Below, in pieces: positions 1 to 9,480 of a stretch of DNA of 64,000 nt. Position 1 is the stretch's first letter; each line of letters starts with the position of its first letter. The notes below the pieces were generated by a model that was not told the origin of the DNA, did no database searches, and saw nothing but the letters and a program-made list of their open reading frames with translations. The position numbers were made by a program, and so were the translations under genes. This DNA is from Candidatus Merdinaster equi (GTDB taxonomy: Bacteria > Bacillota > Clostridia > Lachnospirales > Lachnospiraceae): assembly GCA_018064935.1 (NCBI GenBank), contig JAGHUF010000004.1:21432-85431 (forward strand), read 5' to 3'.

Positions 1-810
1 TGTTCCACCAACCAGATCCTCTTTCGAACATCTCGTGAATCCAAAATCATTAGGAGTTATCTCATAGCATTTATAGTTGCCATTGTTAAACTCACATACC
101 TTTGTTGTTCCAACAGCAGATATCTCATCAAGTTTCTCCATGCCGTAAACAACCATACCGTTCTTAATTCCAAGTCCATACAGAACACGAGCAAGTGGTT
201 CAACCAGTGCCTCATCGTATACTCCCAATAACTGTCTCTTAGGATGAACAGGGTTGGTGAGTGGTCCAAGAATATTGAAAACAGTTCGGAATCCAAGTTC
301 CTTGCGAATAGCGCCAACATATTTCATTGAGGAATGATACTTCTGTGCAAAAAAGAAACAGAATCCAGTCTCCTCAAGAAGTTCTACACATCTCTCAGGC
401 TCAAGCTGAATATTTGCACCAAGAGCTTCAAGGCAGTCTGCTGTTCCAGATTTAGAAGAAGCCGCACGGTTTCCGTGCTTAGCAACTTTCATTCCTGCTG
501 CCGCTGCAACAAAAGCACTTGTAGTTGATATATTGAAGCTTCCGGCTCTGTCTCCACCAGTTCCCACAATCTCGAATGTATCCATATCGCCAGCGTCTAC
601 AGCAAGAGCATGCTCACGCATTGCTGCTGCACAGCCACTAATCTCATCTATCGTCTCCATCTTGGTACTCTTAGTGGAAAGCGCTGCAAGAAATGCCGCA
701 TTCTGTGTTGGTGTAGTCTCACCATTCATAATTTCGTTCATGACGCCATACGCTTCATCGTAGGTCAAATCTTCTTTCATTACGATTTTTTCAATTGCTT
801 CTTTAATCAT
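1..810 (-). CDS. trpD: anthranilate phosphoribosyltransferase, partial (N-terminal 270 codons; gene runs off the window start)
   Basis: Absent from the ORF track because no stop codon is reached. My reverse-strand translation from the ATG at 810-808 gives [33 protein letters not shown]...[18 protein letters not shown]...[24 protein letters not shown]. These are the GTGGD and KHGNR signatures of TrpD. The frame stays open to base 1. Confidence 0.85.
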   Translation of the reverse strand, partial: MIKEAIEKIVMKEDLTYDEAYGVMNEIMNGETTPTQNAAFLAALSTKSTKMETIDEISGCAAAMREHALAVDAGDMDTFEIVGTGGDRAGSFNISTTSAFVAAAAGMKVAKHGNRAASSKSGTADCLEALGANIQLEPERCVELLEETGFCFFFAQKYHSSMKYVGAIRKELGFRTVFNILGPLTNPVHPKRQLLGVYDEALVEPLARVLYGLGIKNGMVVYGMEKLDEISAVGTTKVCEFNNGNYKCYEITPNDFGFTRCSKEDLVGGT

Positions 811-904
811 TGTCTCTGTCCCTTCTATTTCTAATCTCTACATCCAATCATTTCGCTGTTACTGGTTATTTCATTTATTCCTGCGATTATTTTTTGCAGC
901 TATT

Positions 905-1702
905 CTAGAGCGCGTTCAGCTCTTTCTTAAAGTTCTGTACATACTCTTTTGCCGCTTCAGGTTTAAAAGAATTCTCTCTCATAAGATTAATAAAGTGTGA
1001 ACCCACGATAGCTCCATCAATGATATCCTTCATCGGAGCTACGTCCTCCGCAGTTCTTATACCAAATCCCATCATTACTGGAATCTGTGACTTACTCTTA
1101 ACATCCTTAAGATAATTGATTACCTCTCTGTGGAAATCAGCAGCCTGTCCAGTAACTCCCATCGCTGATACGCAATAAACAAAACCTCTTGCGCCATCTA
1201 ATATCTCCGGAATTCTTGCAGCAGATACGGGTGATACGAGCTGAATCAGAATAGTTGTATCATCTCCTTTTAATGCAGCAAGCATATCCTCCTGCTCCTC
1301 CATAGGAAGATCTGGAATAATAAGTCCATCAACTCCACACTCCTGGCACTTCTTCGCAAACGCCTGAACGCCATAATTTACCACAGTGTTGTAATACATC
1401 ATAAAGAGTATTGGCTGCTCGCAGCCTTCACTTCTAAGCTTGCTCATAAGCTCAAATGTCTTCTTAAGAGAAGCACCGCCCAAGAGAGCTTCATAAGATG
1501 CCTGCTGAATAACCGGTCCATCTGCAATCGGATCAGAAAAAGGTATTCCAAGTTCTATGACATCTGTGTATCCCTTCTGAGCCTTGATAATCTCTTCAGT
1601 TGCTTCCATATTAGGAAGTCCAGCTGTTATATATGTAATAAAAGCTTTTTCTTTTTTGCTCTGCAGCTCTGCCATTCGCTGCTCAATTCTATTTATACTC
1701 AT
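905..1702 (-). CDS. trpA: tryptophan synthase alpha subunit
   Basis: 265 aa. ELGIPFSDPIADGPVIQ and the C-terminal GFGI...GAIVGS are typical of TrpA. It lies directly downstream of trpB. Confidence 0.9.
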   Translation of the reverse strand: MSINRIEQRMAELQSKKEKAFITYITAGLPNMEATEEIIKAQKGYTDVIELGIPFSDPIADGPVIQQASYEALLGGASLKKTFELMSKLRSEGCEQPILFMMYYNTVVNYGVQAFAKKCQECGVDGLIIPDLPMEEQEDMLAALKGDDTTILIQLVSPVSAARIPEILDGARGFVYCVSAMGVTGQAADFHREVINYLKDVKSKSQIPVMMGFGIRTAEDVAPMKDIIDGAIVGSHFINLMRENSFKPEAAKEYVQNFKKELNAL

Positions 1703-1788
1703 GAATTTCCTTCTAGTATTATCACTTTATCCAAACGACCTTACTAGCATTTCCTTTCTTATAGTATTTATTTCAACTAATCAGTTCG

Positions 1789-2976
1789 TTAATTCAGGTA
1801 TCCTTTTCCCGCAAGATAATTAGAGATTGTGTTCACATCCTTATCTCCTCTTCCTGACAGGCACACAATCATGGACTGATCAGGAGTCATCTCCTTAGCT
1901 TTCTTGAAAGCATAAGCCATAGCATGTGCGCTCTCTATTGCAGGAATGATTCCTTCTACCTGTGTAAGTTCCATAAGAGCATCCATTGCCTCTGTATCAG
2001 TTATTGGAACATACTTAGCTCTTCCTGTATCGTGCAGGTATGCGTGTTCCGGACCAACCCCCGGATAATCAAGTCCTGCCGAAATTGAATGTGCAAGCTG
2101 TACGTTGCCATCCTCATCCTGAAGAAGATAGCTTCTCATCCCATGAAGAATTCCCGGATAACCCTTAGCCATTGATGCTGCATGTTCCTGGGTATCAATT
2201 CCCTTTCCGGCAGCCTCAATTCCGATGAGTTCAACACCCTTCTCATCAATGAAATCTGCAAACATTCCTATAGAATTCGATCCGCCTCCAACGCATGCCA
2301 TAACAACATCTGGAAGTCTTCCCTCTTTCTCCATATGCTGTCTCTTAGCCTCTCGACTAATTACTGCCTGGAATTCCTTAACCATCTTAGGATATGGATG
2401 AGGTCCGACAGCTGAACCTATAATATAGAATGTATCCTCGGCAGTTTTCGCCCATGTTCTAATTGCCTCATTAGTTGCGTCTTTTAATGTATTAGAGCCA
2501 GAAACAACCGGAACAACCTTAGCTCCAAGCATCTCCATTCTCATCACATTAAGCGCCTGTCTCTCGACATCTTCTTTTCCCATGTACACGGTACATTCCA
2601 TATTGAAAAGTGCTGCACCTGTAGCGGTTGCAACTCCATGCTGTCCAGCTCCTGTCTCTGCAATAACCTTGGTCTTCCCCATACGCTTTGCCAACAGAAT
2701 CTGTCCAATAACATTATTAATCTTATGAGCACCTGTATGATTCAGGTCCTCTCTCTTAAGATATATTTTGGTTCCATACTTTTCAGAAAGACGCTCAGCG
2801 AGATACAAAGGTGTCTCTCTTCCAACATACTCCTTCAAATAATAGTGATACTGCTTAATAAACTCTGGGTCACGAATTGCCTCTTCAAATGCCTTATCAA
2901 TCTCGGCCAAAGTATTCATCAGAGATTCAGACACATACTGTCCGCCGTATTCACCATAATATGCTTTACTGTTCAT
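1789..2976 (-). CDS. trpB: tryptophan synthase beta subunit
   Basis: 395 aa. Has the [19 protein letters not shown]-lysine motif, [10 protein letters not shown] and [10 protein letters not shown]. Confidence 0.95.
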   Translation of the reverse strand: MNSKAYYGEYGGQYVSESLMNTLAEIDKAFEEAIRDPEFIKQYHYYLKEYVGRETPLYLAERLSEKYGTKIYLKREDLNHTGAHKINNVIGQILLAKRMGKTKVIAETGAGQHGVATATGAALFNMECTVYMGKEDVERQALNVMRMEMLGAKVVPVVSGSNTLKDATNEAIRTWAKTAEDTFYIIGSAVGPHPYPKMVKEFQAVISREAKRQHMEKEGRLPDVVMACVGGGSNSIGMFADFIDEKGVELIGIEAAGKGIDTQEHAASMAKGYPGILHGMRSYLLQDEDGNVQLAHSISAGLDYPGVGPEHAYLHDTGRAKYVPITDTEAMDALMELTQVEGIIPAIESAHAMAYAFKKAKEMTPDQSMIVCLSGRGDKDVNTISNYLAGKGYLN

Positions 2977-3062
2977 TGTTTTTCCTCATTTCTATACTTG
3001 GTTCATTATTCTGCATTAGCTATTGCACTGGCTTCTATGATGTCATAACAATTTTTTAACCG

Positions 3063-3749
3063 TTACTCTGTTTCCGTCCTCACGGCCTTTGCAAATACCA
3101 ATATCTTATCGTGGTCCTTACCACATTCTCCTTCAACTCCAGAACTCACGTCCACTACATCCGGTGAAAAAAGTGATATTCCCTCTCGGACATTTTCACT
3201 ATTTAACCCGCCGGCAAGCACGAATTCCCTATCCGCAAGGATCTTTGACAGGATACTGTCCTCCTCTTTGGCTTCTGGTGGCGACTGCGTACCCGCCTTT
3301 AGTAGTCTCTTACTCTTATGCCAATTAAATACCTGACCGCTTCCAAAATTAGCTCCGTCAACAACAATTCCTTTTATTTTTTGGGAATTATCGCCAAGTT
3401 TTTCTATAATTGTCAGCTTATCAAGCAGCTGTGTTTCATCAGAAATATTTACTGCATACCAGATAGGAATACTGACCGCATTAACCACCGACTCAGTAAG
3501 CTCTTTATGAATCTGCAGAAGGTCAAATCCCATACTCTGAAGTCGCTCTACCTGCTCTGCATCCGGTGACACAACCACAGCAACTTTCTTCATGCCATCT
3601 GGAACAAGGCTGAGAAGTTCAGCTGCTTTTTCATATGATAGATTGCGCTTACTTTTTTCAAAGAAAACAAAGCCAGCGAAATCTGCCCCAATTTCTCTGA
3701 GATATTCAATTTCTTCCGGTCTTGTTATCCCGCATATCTTAATCTTCAT
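3063..3749 (-). CDS. trpF: phosphoribosylanthranilate isomerase
   Basis: MKIKICGITRPEEI start is typical of PRAI. The ATG at 3749-3747 overlaps the trpC TGA (ATGA coupling). The ORF-track start at 3761 is an alternative. Confidence 0.85.
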   Translation of the reverse strand: MKIKICGITRPEEIEYLREIGADFAGFVFFEKSKRNLSYEKAAELLSLVPDGMKKVAVVVSPDAEQVERLQSMGFDLLQIHKELTESVVNAVSIPIWYAVNISDETQLLDKLTIIEKLGDNSQKIKGIVVDGANFGSGQVFNWHKSKRLLKAGTQSPPEAKEEDSILSKILADREFVLAGGLNSENVREGISLFSPDVVDVSSGVEGECGKDHDKILVFAKAVRTETE

Positions 3750-4522
3750 AAACTCTTCCACTTAGCTGCAAGTTCACGTGGATTGTCAGATTCCATGAAT
3801 GCTCTTCCAATAAGGAAAGCGTCCACTCCAGTATCCTTGAGGAATCTCACATCATCATCATTCATAATACCGCTTTCAGCAACATAAACTTTATCATCGG
3901 GAATGTATTTTTTCAATTTCCTAGTATTCTCAAGACTAATTGTAAAATCTTTGAGATTCCTATTATTTACTCCAATAATTCTCGGATCTATCTTGAGTGC
4001 TCTTTCAATTTCATACTCATCATGAGTTTCCACCAAAACGCCAAGCTTAAGGTTTCTTGCAAGCTGATAGAAATCCTTCATCTGCGCATCATCTAGGATT
4101 GCTGTGATGAGAAGAACTGCATCCGCACCTATAACCTTTGCTTCATAGAACTGATACTCATCTATCATGAAATCTTTTCTGATAATAGGAAGCTCAGACC
4201 TGTTTCTGATTTCCTTTAAGTAGTCAACATTTCCTTTGAAATGGTCTTCTTCAGTAAGGCATGAAATAGCATCAACAGAAGCGTTATAATCTTCAATTCT
4301 GTCAAGAAGATTAACCTTCTCCTTAATATCGCCAAGGGAAGGAGATGCTTTCTTGAACTCACCGATAATCGATATACCAGGCTTTGCAAGATTCTTATAA
4401 AAAAGTTCTTCCGGCCTATCCTTAGCATCCTCAGCAAGTTTACGCATCTCAGTCTCAGAAATACGTGCCTTATGTTCAACTAATCTTATCTTCTTATCAT
4501 CAACAATTTTATCTAATATCAT
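3746..4522 (-). CDS. trpC: indole-3-glycerol-phosphate synthase
   Basis: 258 aa. IIGEFKKASPSLG, IIRKDFMIDEYQ and IGVNNRNLKDF are classic IGPS motifs. Confidence 0.9.
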   Translation of the reverse strand: MILDKIVDDKKIRLVEHKARISETEMRKLAEDAKDRPEELFYKNLAKPGISIIGEFKKASPSLGDIKEKVNLLDRIEDYNASVDAISCLTEEDHFKGNVDYLKEIRNRSELPIIRKDFMIDEYQFYEAKVIGADAVLLITAILDDAQMKDFYQLARNLKLGVLVETHDEYEIERALKIDPRIIGVNNRNLKDFTISLENTRKLKKYIPDDKVYVAESGIMNDDDVRFLKDTGVDAFLIGRAFMESDNPRELAAKWKSL

Positions 4523-4565
4523 GTCTGGTTATCCTTTTAATAAAAATCCTCGAGGCACATAGTCG

Positions 4566-4820
4566 TGCAAATAAAAAATCCCAGCATCAGAAACAAACTG
4601 ATGCTGGGACAGAAATCTAATCTCTGCGGTGCCACCCGGCTTGATGTATACTACATCCACTCAGTGCATACTAACATATGCCGACTTTTGTTAACGAAGT
4701 GTCTCTCTCCGTCTCCCATACTCAGATACTACATATCCTTTCCGGTCGCCCTCTGAAGTCCATTCAGCTAAACACTTTTTACTGCAATCGCACCATCTGC
4801 AGCTCTCTCATGATTTTAAA
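4566..4820 (-). promoter_or_regulatory. T-box riboswitch leader, tryptophan-specific, with intrinsic terminator
   Basis: On the reverse strand: AGAGAGCUGCAGAUGGUGCGA (stem I AG-bay/GGUGNGA-like), GAA-UGG-A specifier context (UGG = plus-strand cca at 4760-4762), and the T-box sequence GGGUGGCACCGC (plus 4626-4637). The terminator GUCCCAGCAUCAG-loop-CUGAUGCUGGGA plus a U-run (plus 4573-4610) sits just upstream of trpC. Confidence 0.8.
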
Positions 4821-4943
4821 AAGGAGGAAAAGCCTACTTACTCTTCATCAATGGTTTCGTGTTCAATTATTGAAAACATAGCACAGATTACTGCCTCTGT
4901 CAATGTACAATAACCAATCGCATTTTGCCACGAGTCAAAGAAT

Positions 4944-5786
4944 TTATTCCGGCCATACATATACAGAAAGACCACTCGCTGAAACCTTCGCCCCATCATA
5001 CCACTGACCGTCTACAAGGTATGCGGTCAGGAAGTTGTAATCAGAAATCGGAAATCCTGTATCATCACCAAAGTAGTAGCCTGCAGGAAGTTCACTGTAA
5101 ACCTTTATTCTGTTAAATACAGTTTTGTCATAATTAACAGTTACCGAACCATTGGCCTTAACTGGGAAACCAGGATACTGTTTGGGATTGCCAACTTCAT
5201 CACAGATATCTACAAGCATATATGCACCACTTAGTTTTTTGCCGTCAGGTCCATACATAATAATTGTAACGCTTCCTGTCGCGGCGTCTGCTTTTGGTGT
5301 CTTTGCCGGTGGTGGTGTTACTGCTGGTCCGCCTACAATTGGTGTAGGTGTTATTTCATCTGGAGCTTTAGTTGGTACAGGTGTTGGTTTCTTACCGCCT
5401 ACAGCCTCCTCTTCACCTGCCCCACCAGTTGCGCCTGTTGGACCACCTGCAATAATAGGAGTTGCCGCCGCTTCTGTGAGTGCCGCTTCCTCCTTCGCTA
5501 AATCTGCATCAATGCCAGCTGCATACGCTTCAAGTGCTTCCTCTGTGAGTGCTACCTGAGTGAGCTTTGCTTCATTTTCCTTTGCTTCCTCTTCAGCTTT
5601 TGCCGCATCCGTAAGCTTGGCATCATCAACATCGACACCCTCGCTCTCAGGCACCACAACGCTTGTAATTGCTGGTCCACCTTCTACACTCTGTTCACTC
5701 GGCTTATTCTCATTGCTACCACATCCGGTAAAGCAGAGAAATAGCATTGCTGCTGCCGCAATTAATGCCACGCTTTTCTTCTTCAT
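4944..5786 (-). CDS. lipoprotein, unknown function (Ala/Glu/Pro/Thr-rich linker plus C-terminal beta-rich domain)
   Basis: 280 aa. Signal peptide with lipobox MKKKSVALIAAAAMLFLCFTGC, followed by a low-complexity AEEA/PTP linker. Confidence 0.6.
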   Translation of the reverse strand: MKKKSVALIAAAAMLFLCFTGCGSNENKPSEQSVEGGPAITSVVVPESEGVDVDDAKLTDAAKAEEEAKENEAKLTQVALTEEALEAYAAGIDADLAKEEAALTEAAATPIIAGGPTGATGGAGEEEAVGGKKPTPVPTKAPDEITPTPIVGGPAVTPPPAKTPKADAATGSVTIIMYGPDGKKLSGAYMLVDICDEVGNPKQYPGFPVKANGSVTVNYDKTVFNRIKVYSELPAGYYFGDDTGFPISDYNFLTAYLVDGQWYDGAKVSASGLSVYVWPE

Positions 5787-5806
5787 GCGTCTTCCCTTTC
5801 CTTAAT

Positions 5807-7768
5807 CTATTTCTGTTCCTGAACAACTTCTTCGCGAATGGCTTTTGTTCTAATTTCCTCCAGAAGCTGAGCCTCAAAGTCAGCTAATGGCTTAACACCT
5901 TCATCGCCCGCAAAACGGCTTCTAACAGATACTGTACCATCAATCTCTTCCTGCTGACCTACTACAAGCATATATGGAAGTCTGTCGAGTCTTGCCTCAC
6001 GAATCTTAAATCCGATCTTCTCAGATCTGTTGTCAACTGTTACATCAACACCCTTGTCAAAGAGCTGCTTTCTAATCTTCTCCGCATACTCTTCATATTT
6101 CTCTGAAATAGGAAGAATACGAACCTGCTCAGGGCACATCCATGTAGGGAACTTTCCGGCATAATGCTCGATAAGCCATGCAAGAGTTCTCTCATAGCAT
6201 CCCATTGATGTTCTGTGGATAATCCAAGGTCTTGCCTTATCTCCATTTTCATCGATATAGTACATTCCAAACTTCTCAGCTGCTGCGCAGTCAAGCTGGA
6301 TAGTTACCATTGTATCCTCTTTGCCATATACATTCTTTGCCTGGATATCAATCTTAGGGCCATAGAATGCAGCTTCTCCTTCTTCCTCAAAATACTTGAT
6401 ATTATTCTTTTCAAGCACGTTGCGAAGATATCCCTGGGTATTGTCCCAATAAGCCTCGTCTCCTAAATACTTCTCCTTATTATTTGGATCCCACTTAGAC
6501 AGTCTGTATGTAACATCTCCTTCAATTCCAAGTGTCTTCATAACATAGTTACACAGCTCAACACATCTTGTCAGCTCTTCCTCTGCCTGCTCAGGTGTCA
6601 GAATGATATGTGCCTCAGTGATTGTGAACTGGCGAACACGAGTAAGACCGTGCATTTCACCCGAATCCTCATTACGGAAAAGAGTAGATGTCTCTGCCAT
6701 ACGATAAGGAAGATCTCTGTATGAATGCTGCTCATTCATATATACAAAATACTGGAAAGGACATGTCATTGGGCGAAGCGCCATAACTTCTTTATCTTCA
6801 CTCTCCTCATTGAGAACAAACATTCCATCCTTATAGTGATCCCAGTGACCAGAAATCTTATACAGGTCAGATTTGGCCATAAGTGGTGTACGTGTACGAA
6901 CATATCCCCACTCTCTATCCTCCAGATCCTCAATCCATCTCTGGAGTTTCATAATCATCTTAGTTCCCTTTGGCGTAAAAAGAGGAAGTCCCTGACCAAT
7001 TACATCAACAGTTGTAAAGAGCTTCATCTCACGTCCCAGCTTGTTATGGTCGCGCATCTTAGCTTCTTCCAGTTTCTGAAGATGCTCAGCAAGCTCATCC
7101 TTCTTGTTAAATGCTGTTCCATATATTCTCTGAAGACGAGCTTTATTTGCATCTCCTCTCCAATACGCCATAGAAGAGCTGATAAGCTTAAATGCCTTGA
7201 TGTTCTTGGTGCTCATAAGGTGAGGTCCTGCGCACAGATCTACAAATCCTCCCTGATCATAGAAAGAAATTTCCGAACCTTCTGGAAGATCCTGGATCAG
7301 TTCCACCTTAAAAGGCTCATTTCTGTCCTGCATGAACTTAATTGCTTCTTCTCTTGGAAGTGTGAATCTTGTGATTTCATGTCCTTCCTTGATAATCTTC
7401 TTCATCTCATCTTCAAGAGCATCAAGATCCTCTCTTGAAAAAGAATCAGTATCAAAATCATAATAGAAACCATCTTCAATAGCTGGTCCAATAGTAACTT
7501 TTGCATCAGGACGAAGACGCTTAACAGCTTCTGCCAGAATGTGGCTAACTGTATGACGAAGAACCTTCAGTCCCTCTGGGTCATTTGCAGTTACGATATT
7601 TAATGTACTGTCCTCTTCCACAACAGTTCTTAAATCAACAATTTCTCCATTTACCTCTCCAGCGCATGCAACTCTTGCCAGACCTTCACTTATATCAGTT
7701 GCAATCTCCAATACGCTCATCGCCTTGTCATATTCTTTTACGCTTCCATCCTTCAGTGTAATTTTCAC
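5807..7768 (-). CDS. thrS: threonine--tRNA ligase
   Basis: 653 aa. TGS-like N-terminus MKITLKDGSVKEY, then a class II core and anticodon-binding domain. GTG start preceded by AGGAGG. Confidence 0.95.
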   Translation of the reverse strand: MKITLKDGSVKEYDKAMSVLEIATDISEGLARVACAGEVNGEIVDLRTVVEEDSTLNIVTANDPEGLKVLRHTVSHILAEAVKRLRPDAKVTIGPAIEDGFYYDFDTDSFSREDLDALEDEMKKIIKEGHEITRFTLPREEAIKFMQDRNEPFKVELIQDLPEGSEISFYDQGGFVDLCAGPHLMSTKNIKAFKLISSSMAYWRGDANKARLQRIYGTAFNKKDELAEHLQKLEEAKMRDHNKLGREMKLFTTVDVIGQGLPLFTPKGTKMIMKLQRWIEDLEDREWGYVRTRTPLMAKSDLYKISGHWDHYKDGMFVLNEESEDKEVMALRPMTCPFQYFVYMNEQHSYRDLPYRMAETSTLFRNEDSGEMHGLTRVRQFTITEAHIILTPEQAEEELTRCVELCNYVMKTLGIEGDVTYRLSKWDPNNKEKYLGDEAYWDNTQGYLRNVLEKNNIKYFEEEGEAAFYGPKIDIQAKNVYGKEDTMVTIQLDCAAAEKFGMYYIDENGDKARPWIIHRTSMGCYERTLAWLIEHYAGKFPTWMCPEQVRILPISEKYEEYAEKIRKQLFDKGVDVTVDNRSEKIGFKIREARLDRLPYMLVVGQQEEIDGTVSVRSRFAGDEGVKPLADFEAQLLEEIRTKAIREEVVQEQK

Positions 7769-7796
7769 TTTTTTCTTTCCTCCTGTTTTTTACTCG

Positions 7797-8060
7797 AATA
7801 AAAAATCCCATGCCAACAACAAGTTAGCATGGGACGTAAATTCTAATTACGCGGTTCCACCCACGTTGCAAACAGTCATATCTACTATCTGCCACTCAAT
7901 TATCCTTTAACGCAGGTTCACGTGCCTGATTGGGGCCTCTCAGAGGTCGGTCTCAGAAATTCTCCAGTCTGGCTACTCTCAGCTCGCCCAACTTACAACC
8001 TATATTCTGTCGGGTGGCAGCCTTCTCTTTGGCCTTCTAAAAATCTTCGTTCCTCTTCAA
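7797..8060 (-). promoter_or_regulatory. T-box riboswitch leader upstream of thrS with intrinsic terminator
   Basis: Reverse strand carries GGGUGGAACCGCG (plus 7851-7862). A terminator follows: GUCCCAUGC...GCAUGGGA plus a U-run (plus 7799-7835). I could not confidently locate the specifier codon by eye. Confidence 0.75.
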
Positions 8061-8134
8061 CGATTTGTGTTATTCAATTAATTCAGTATTTTATTCTTTT
8101 TTTCAAACACTGTCAAATAGGCTCCGGTTTTCCT

Positions 8135-9349
8135 CTACTTTTTCAGCGCAATTACACAATCGTAATACTCTTTGCCGCCCATGCCCCAGAAATGGCATAT
8201 CCCACCTTCGGGATTGCTGCTCCAGGTATAGTTCCCAAAGTCACCAATACCAATTTTTGCATACCCATATTTCTCAACTGCATATCGATACACCTCTTTT
8301 TGCATACTGATAAACTGCTCCTTGGTGACCTCAGCCGCATTTACAGATAAACCATAGGCTGTTGCATTTGGGTTCATTTCGTATCCTTCATCAAGCACAG
8401 CCTTAAGCCTATTCACATTTTCCTCATAGCTTCTTCCGTCAAATACAAGATAAACATAATCATTTATAGGTGACTTTGTTTCAGGAATCGCATTAAGGTC
8501 ATTTTTGTAATCTATTTCTGCAAAGTATTTTTTTCCCCAGCCTGGAATGTAACTATTCATTCCATATCGGATGAGATACTCCCTATAACAATCGCGAGGA
8601 AGAAGGCTAAGCTGCATCGTGTTCTTCCTGTAATTATATTCACCTGTATCTGGATCTCTGGAAGGTTTTGTTTTTGAAGTTACCATTTTTCCCAAATCAT
8701 ACAATTGCGCAGGAGCCTGCTCTGTCAGCACGGACATTGGAATAAAACTATAAAAACTATAACTAGTGCCCTTCCAATTGGGCGAGCAGATGTAATATCC
8801 ATCCTTTGTGTATCCCCACACTCTAACAGGAAGACCCTTTCCAATAATACAGTTCTGTTCTCCAATAATTGTCACTTTAGACTCTTCTTTTGCATAAAAA
8901 GTAATTGCAACATAGGCAACTGCACCTCTATATAAAGTTGTAAAGATGTTGCATTTCTTTCCATCTATAACCACAGGCGTTGTAGCTACATTTGCCATAC
9001 TGTATGGTGTTTTATAACTGCCACCAGTTACCGGAACACTAACGGTAGATGCACCATCTACACACCTACATAGAATATATGCCCCTTTGATTGTCTTATA
9101 AAAAGTTTTTCCATCTCCTTTTGTAGACGGAACTACATCGGTATATACTGTTACCTGATGCCCCGCCGGTATCTTCTTCTGACGATACTGTTCTGATGTA
9201 TTTGGCTGTGTCCAAATGGAGCATTCCTGGGTCGTTGTAATTGTTTTCGTCTTTCCTGCCGCTTCAGTCTTTACTGCACCAAGATTAATAGAGGTAATCA
9301 CAACCGCAGCAAGGAGAAGAATTGTCAAAAGTTTCTTGATTGCTTTCAT
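8135..9349 (-). CDS. secreted protein, unknown function
   Basis: 404 aa. N-terminal signal peptide MKAIKKLLTILLLAAVVITSINLGAVKTEAAG. Beta-rich N-terminal half, possibly SH3-like. No catalytic motif recognised. Confidence 0.55.
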   Translation of the reverse strand: MKAIKKLLTILLLAAVVITSINLGAVKTEAAGKTKTITTTQECSIWTQPNTSEQYRQKKIPAGHQVTVYTDVVPSTKGDGKTFYKTIKGAYILCRCVDGASTVSVPVTGGSYKTPYSMANVATTPVVIDGKKCNIFTTLYRGAVAYVAITFYAKEESKVTIIGEQNCIIGKGLPVRVWGYTKDGYYICSPNWKGTSYSFYSFIPMSVLTEQAPAQLYDLGKMVTSKTKPSRDPDTGEYNYRKNTMQLSLLPRDCYREYLIRYGMNSYIPGWGKKYFAEIDYKNDLNAIPETKSPINDYVYLVFDGRSYEENVNRLKAVLDEGYEMNPNATAYGLSVNAAEVTKEQFISMQKEVYRYAVEKYGYAKIGIGDFGNYTWSSNPEGGICHFWGMGGKEYYDCVIALKK

Positions 9350-9443
9350 TTACATTGTCCTTTCGCTCAATTTTTACATGAGACTGCACAGAGTATGATA
9401 ATTGATTGCCCCTCCCCAGTCAAGATATCGGGTATATCATATT

Positions 9444-9472
9444 TTCAATGACTATAGGTTATGTGCTATACT
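9444..9472 (+). promoter_or_regulatory. candidate sigma-A promoter (-35 TTCAAT, 17-nt spacer, -10 TATACT) ending 8 nt before the ATG
   Basis: TTCAAT at 9444-9449 and TATACT at 9467-9472. There is no Shine-Dalgarno sequence between the -10 and the ATG at 9481. Confidence 0.35.
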
Positions 9473-9480
9473 AATTCATT

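Noticed and set aside
57-320. 87-aa minus-strand ORF listed in the track at the window start.
   Set aside because: It is in a different frame from the clear trpD reading frame, which is open from 810 to 1. It is a frame artefact.
6725-7438. Long plus-strand ORF (237 aa) inside thrS. Similar antisense ORFs lie at 5152-5559, 14581-15159, 31832-32281, 33544-33957, 35358-35930, 42517-42927 and 62568-63071.
   Set aside because: All lie antisense to genes with strong family signatures. Their products are low-complexity or Cys/Phe/Leu-rich with no motifs and no RBS. They look like typical shadow ORFs of AT-rich coding DNA.
7900-8040. Attempted assignment of the thrS T-box specifier codon (candidate ACC, ACU or ACA triplets).
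   Set aside because: Several Thr codons occur in plausible loops, and I cannot fold stem I reliably by eye. The T-box call itself rests on the T-box sequence and the terminator.
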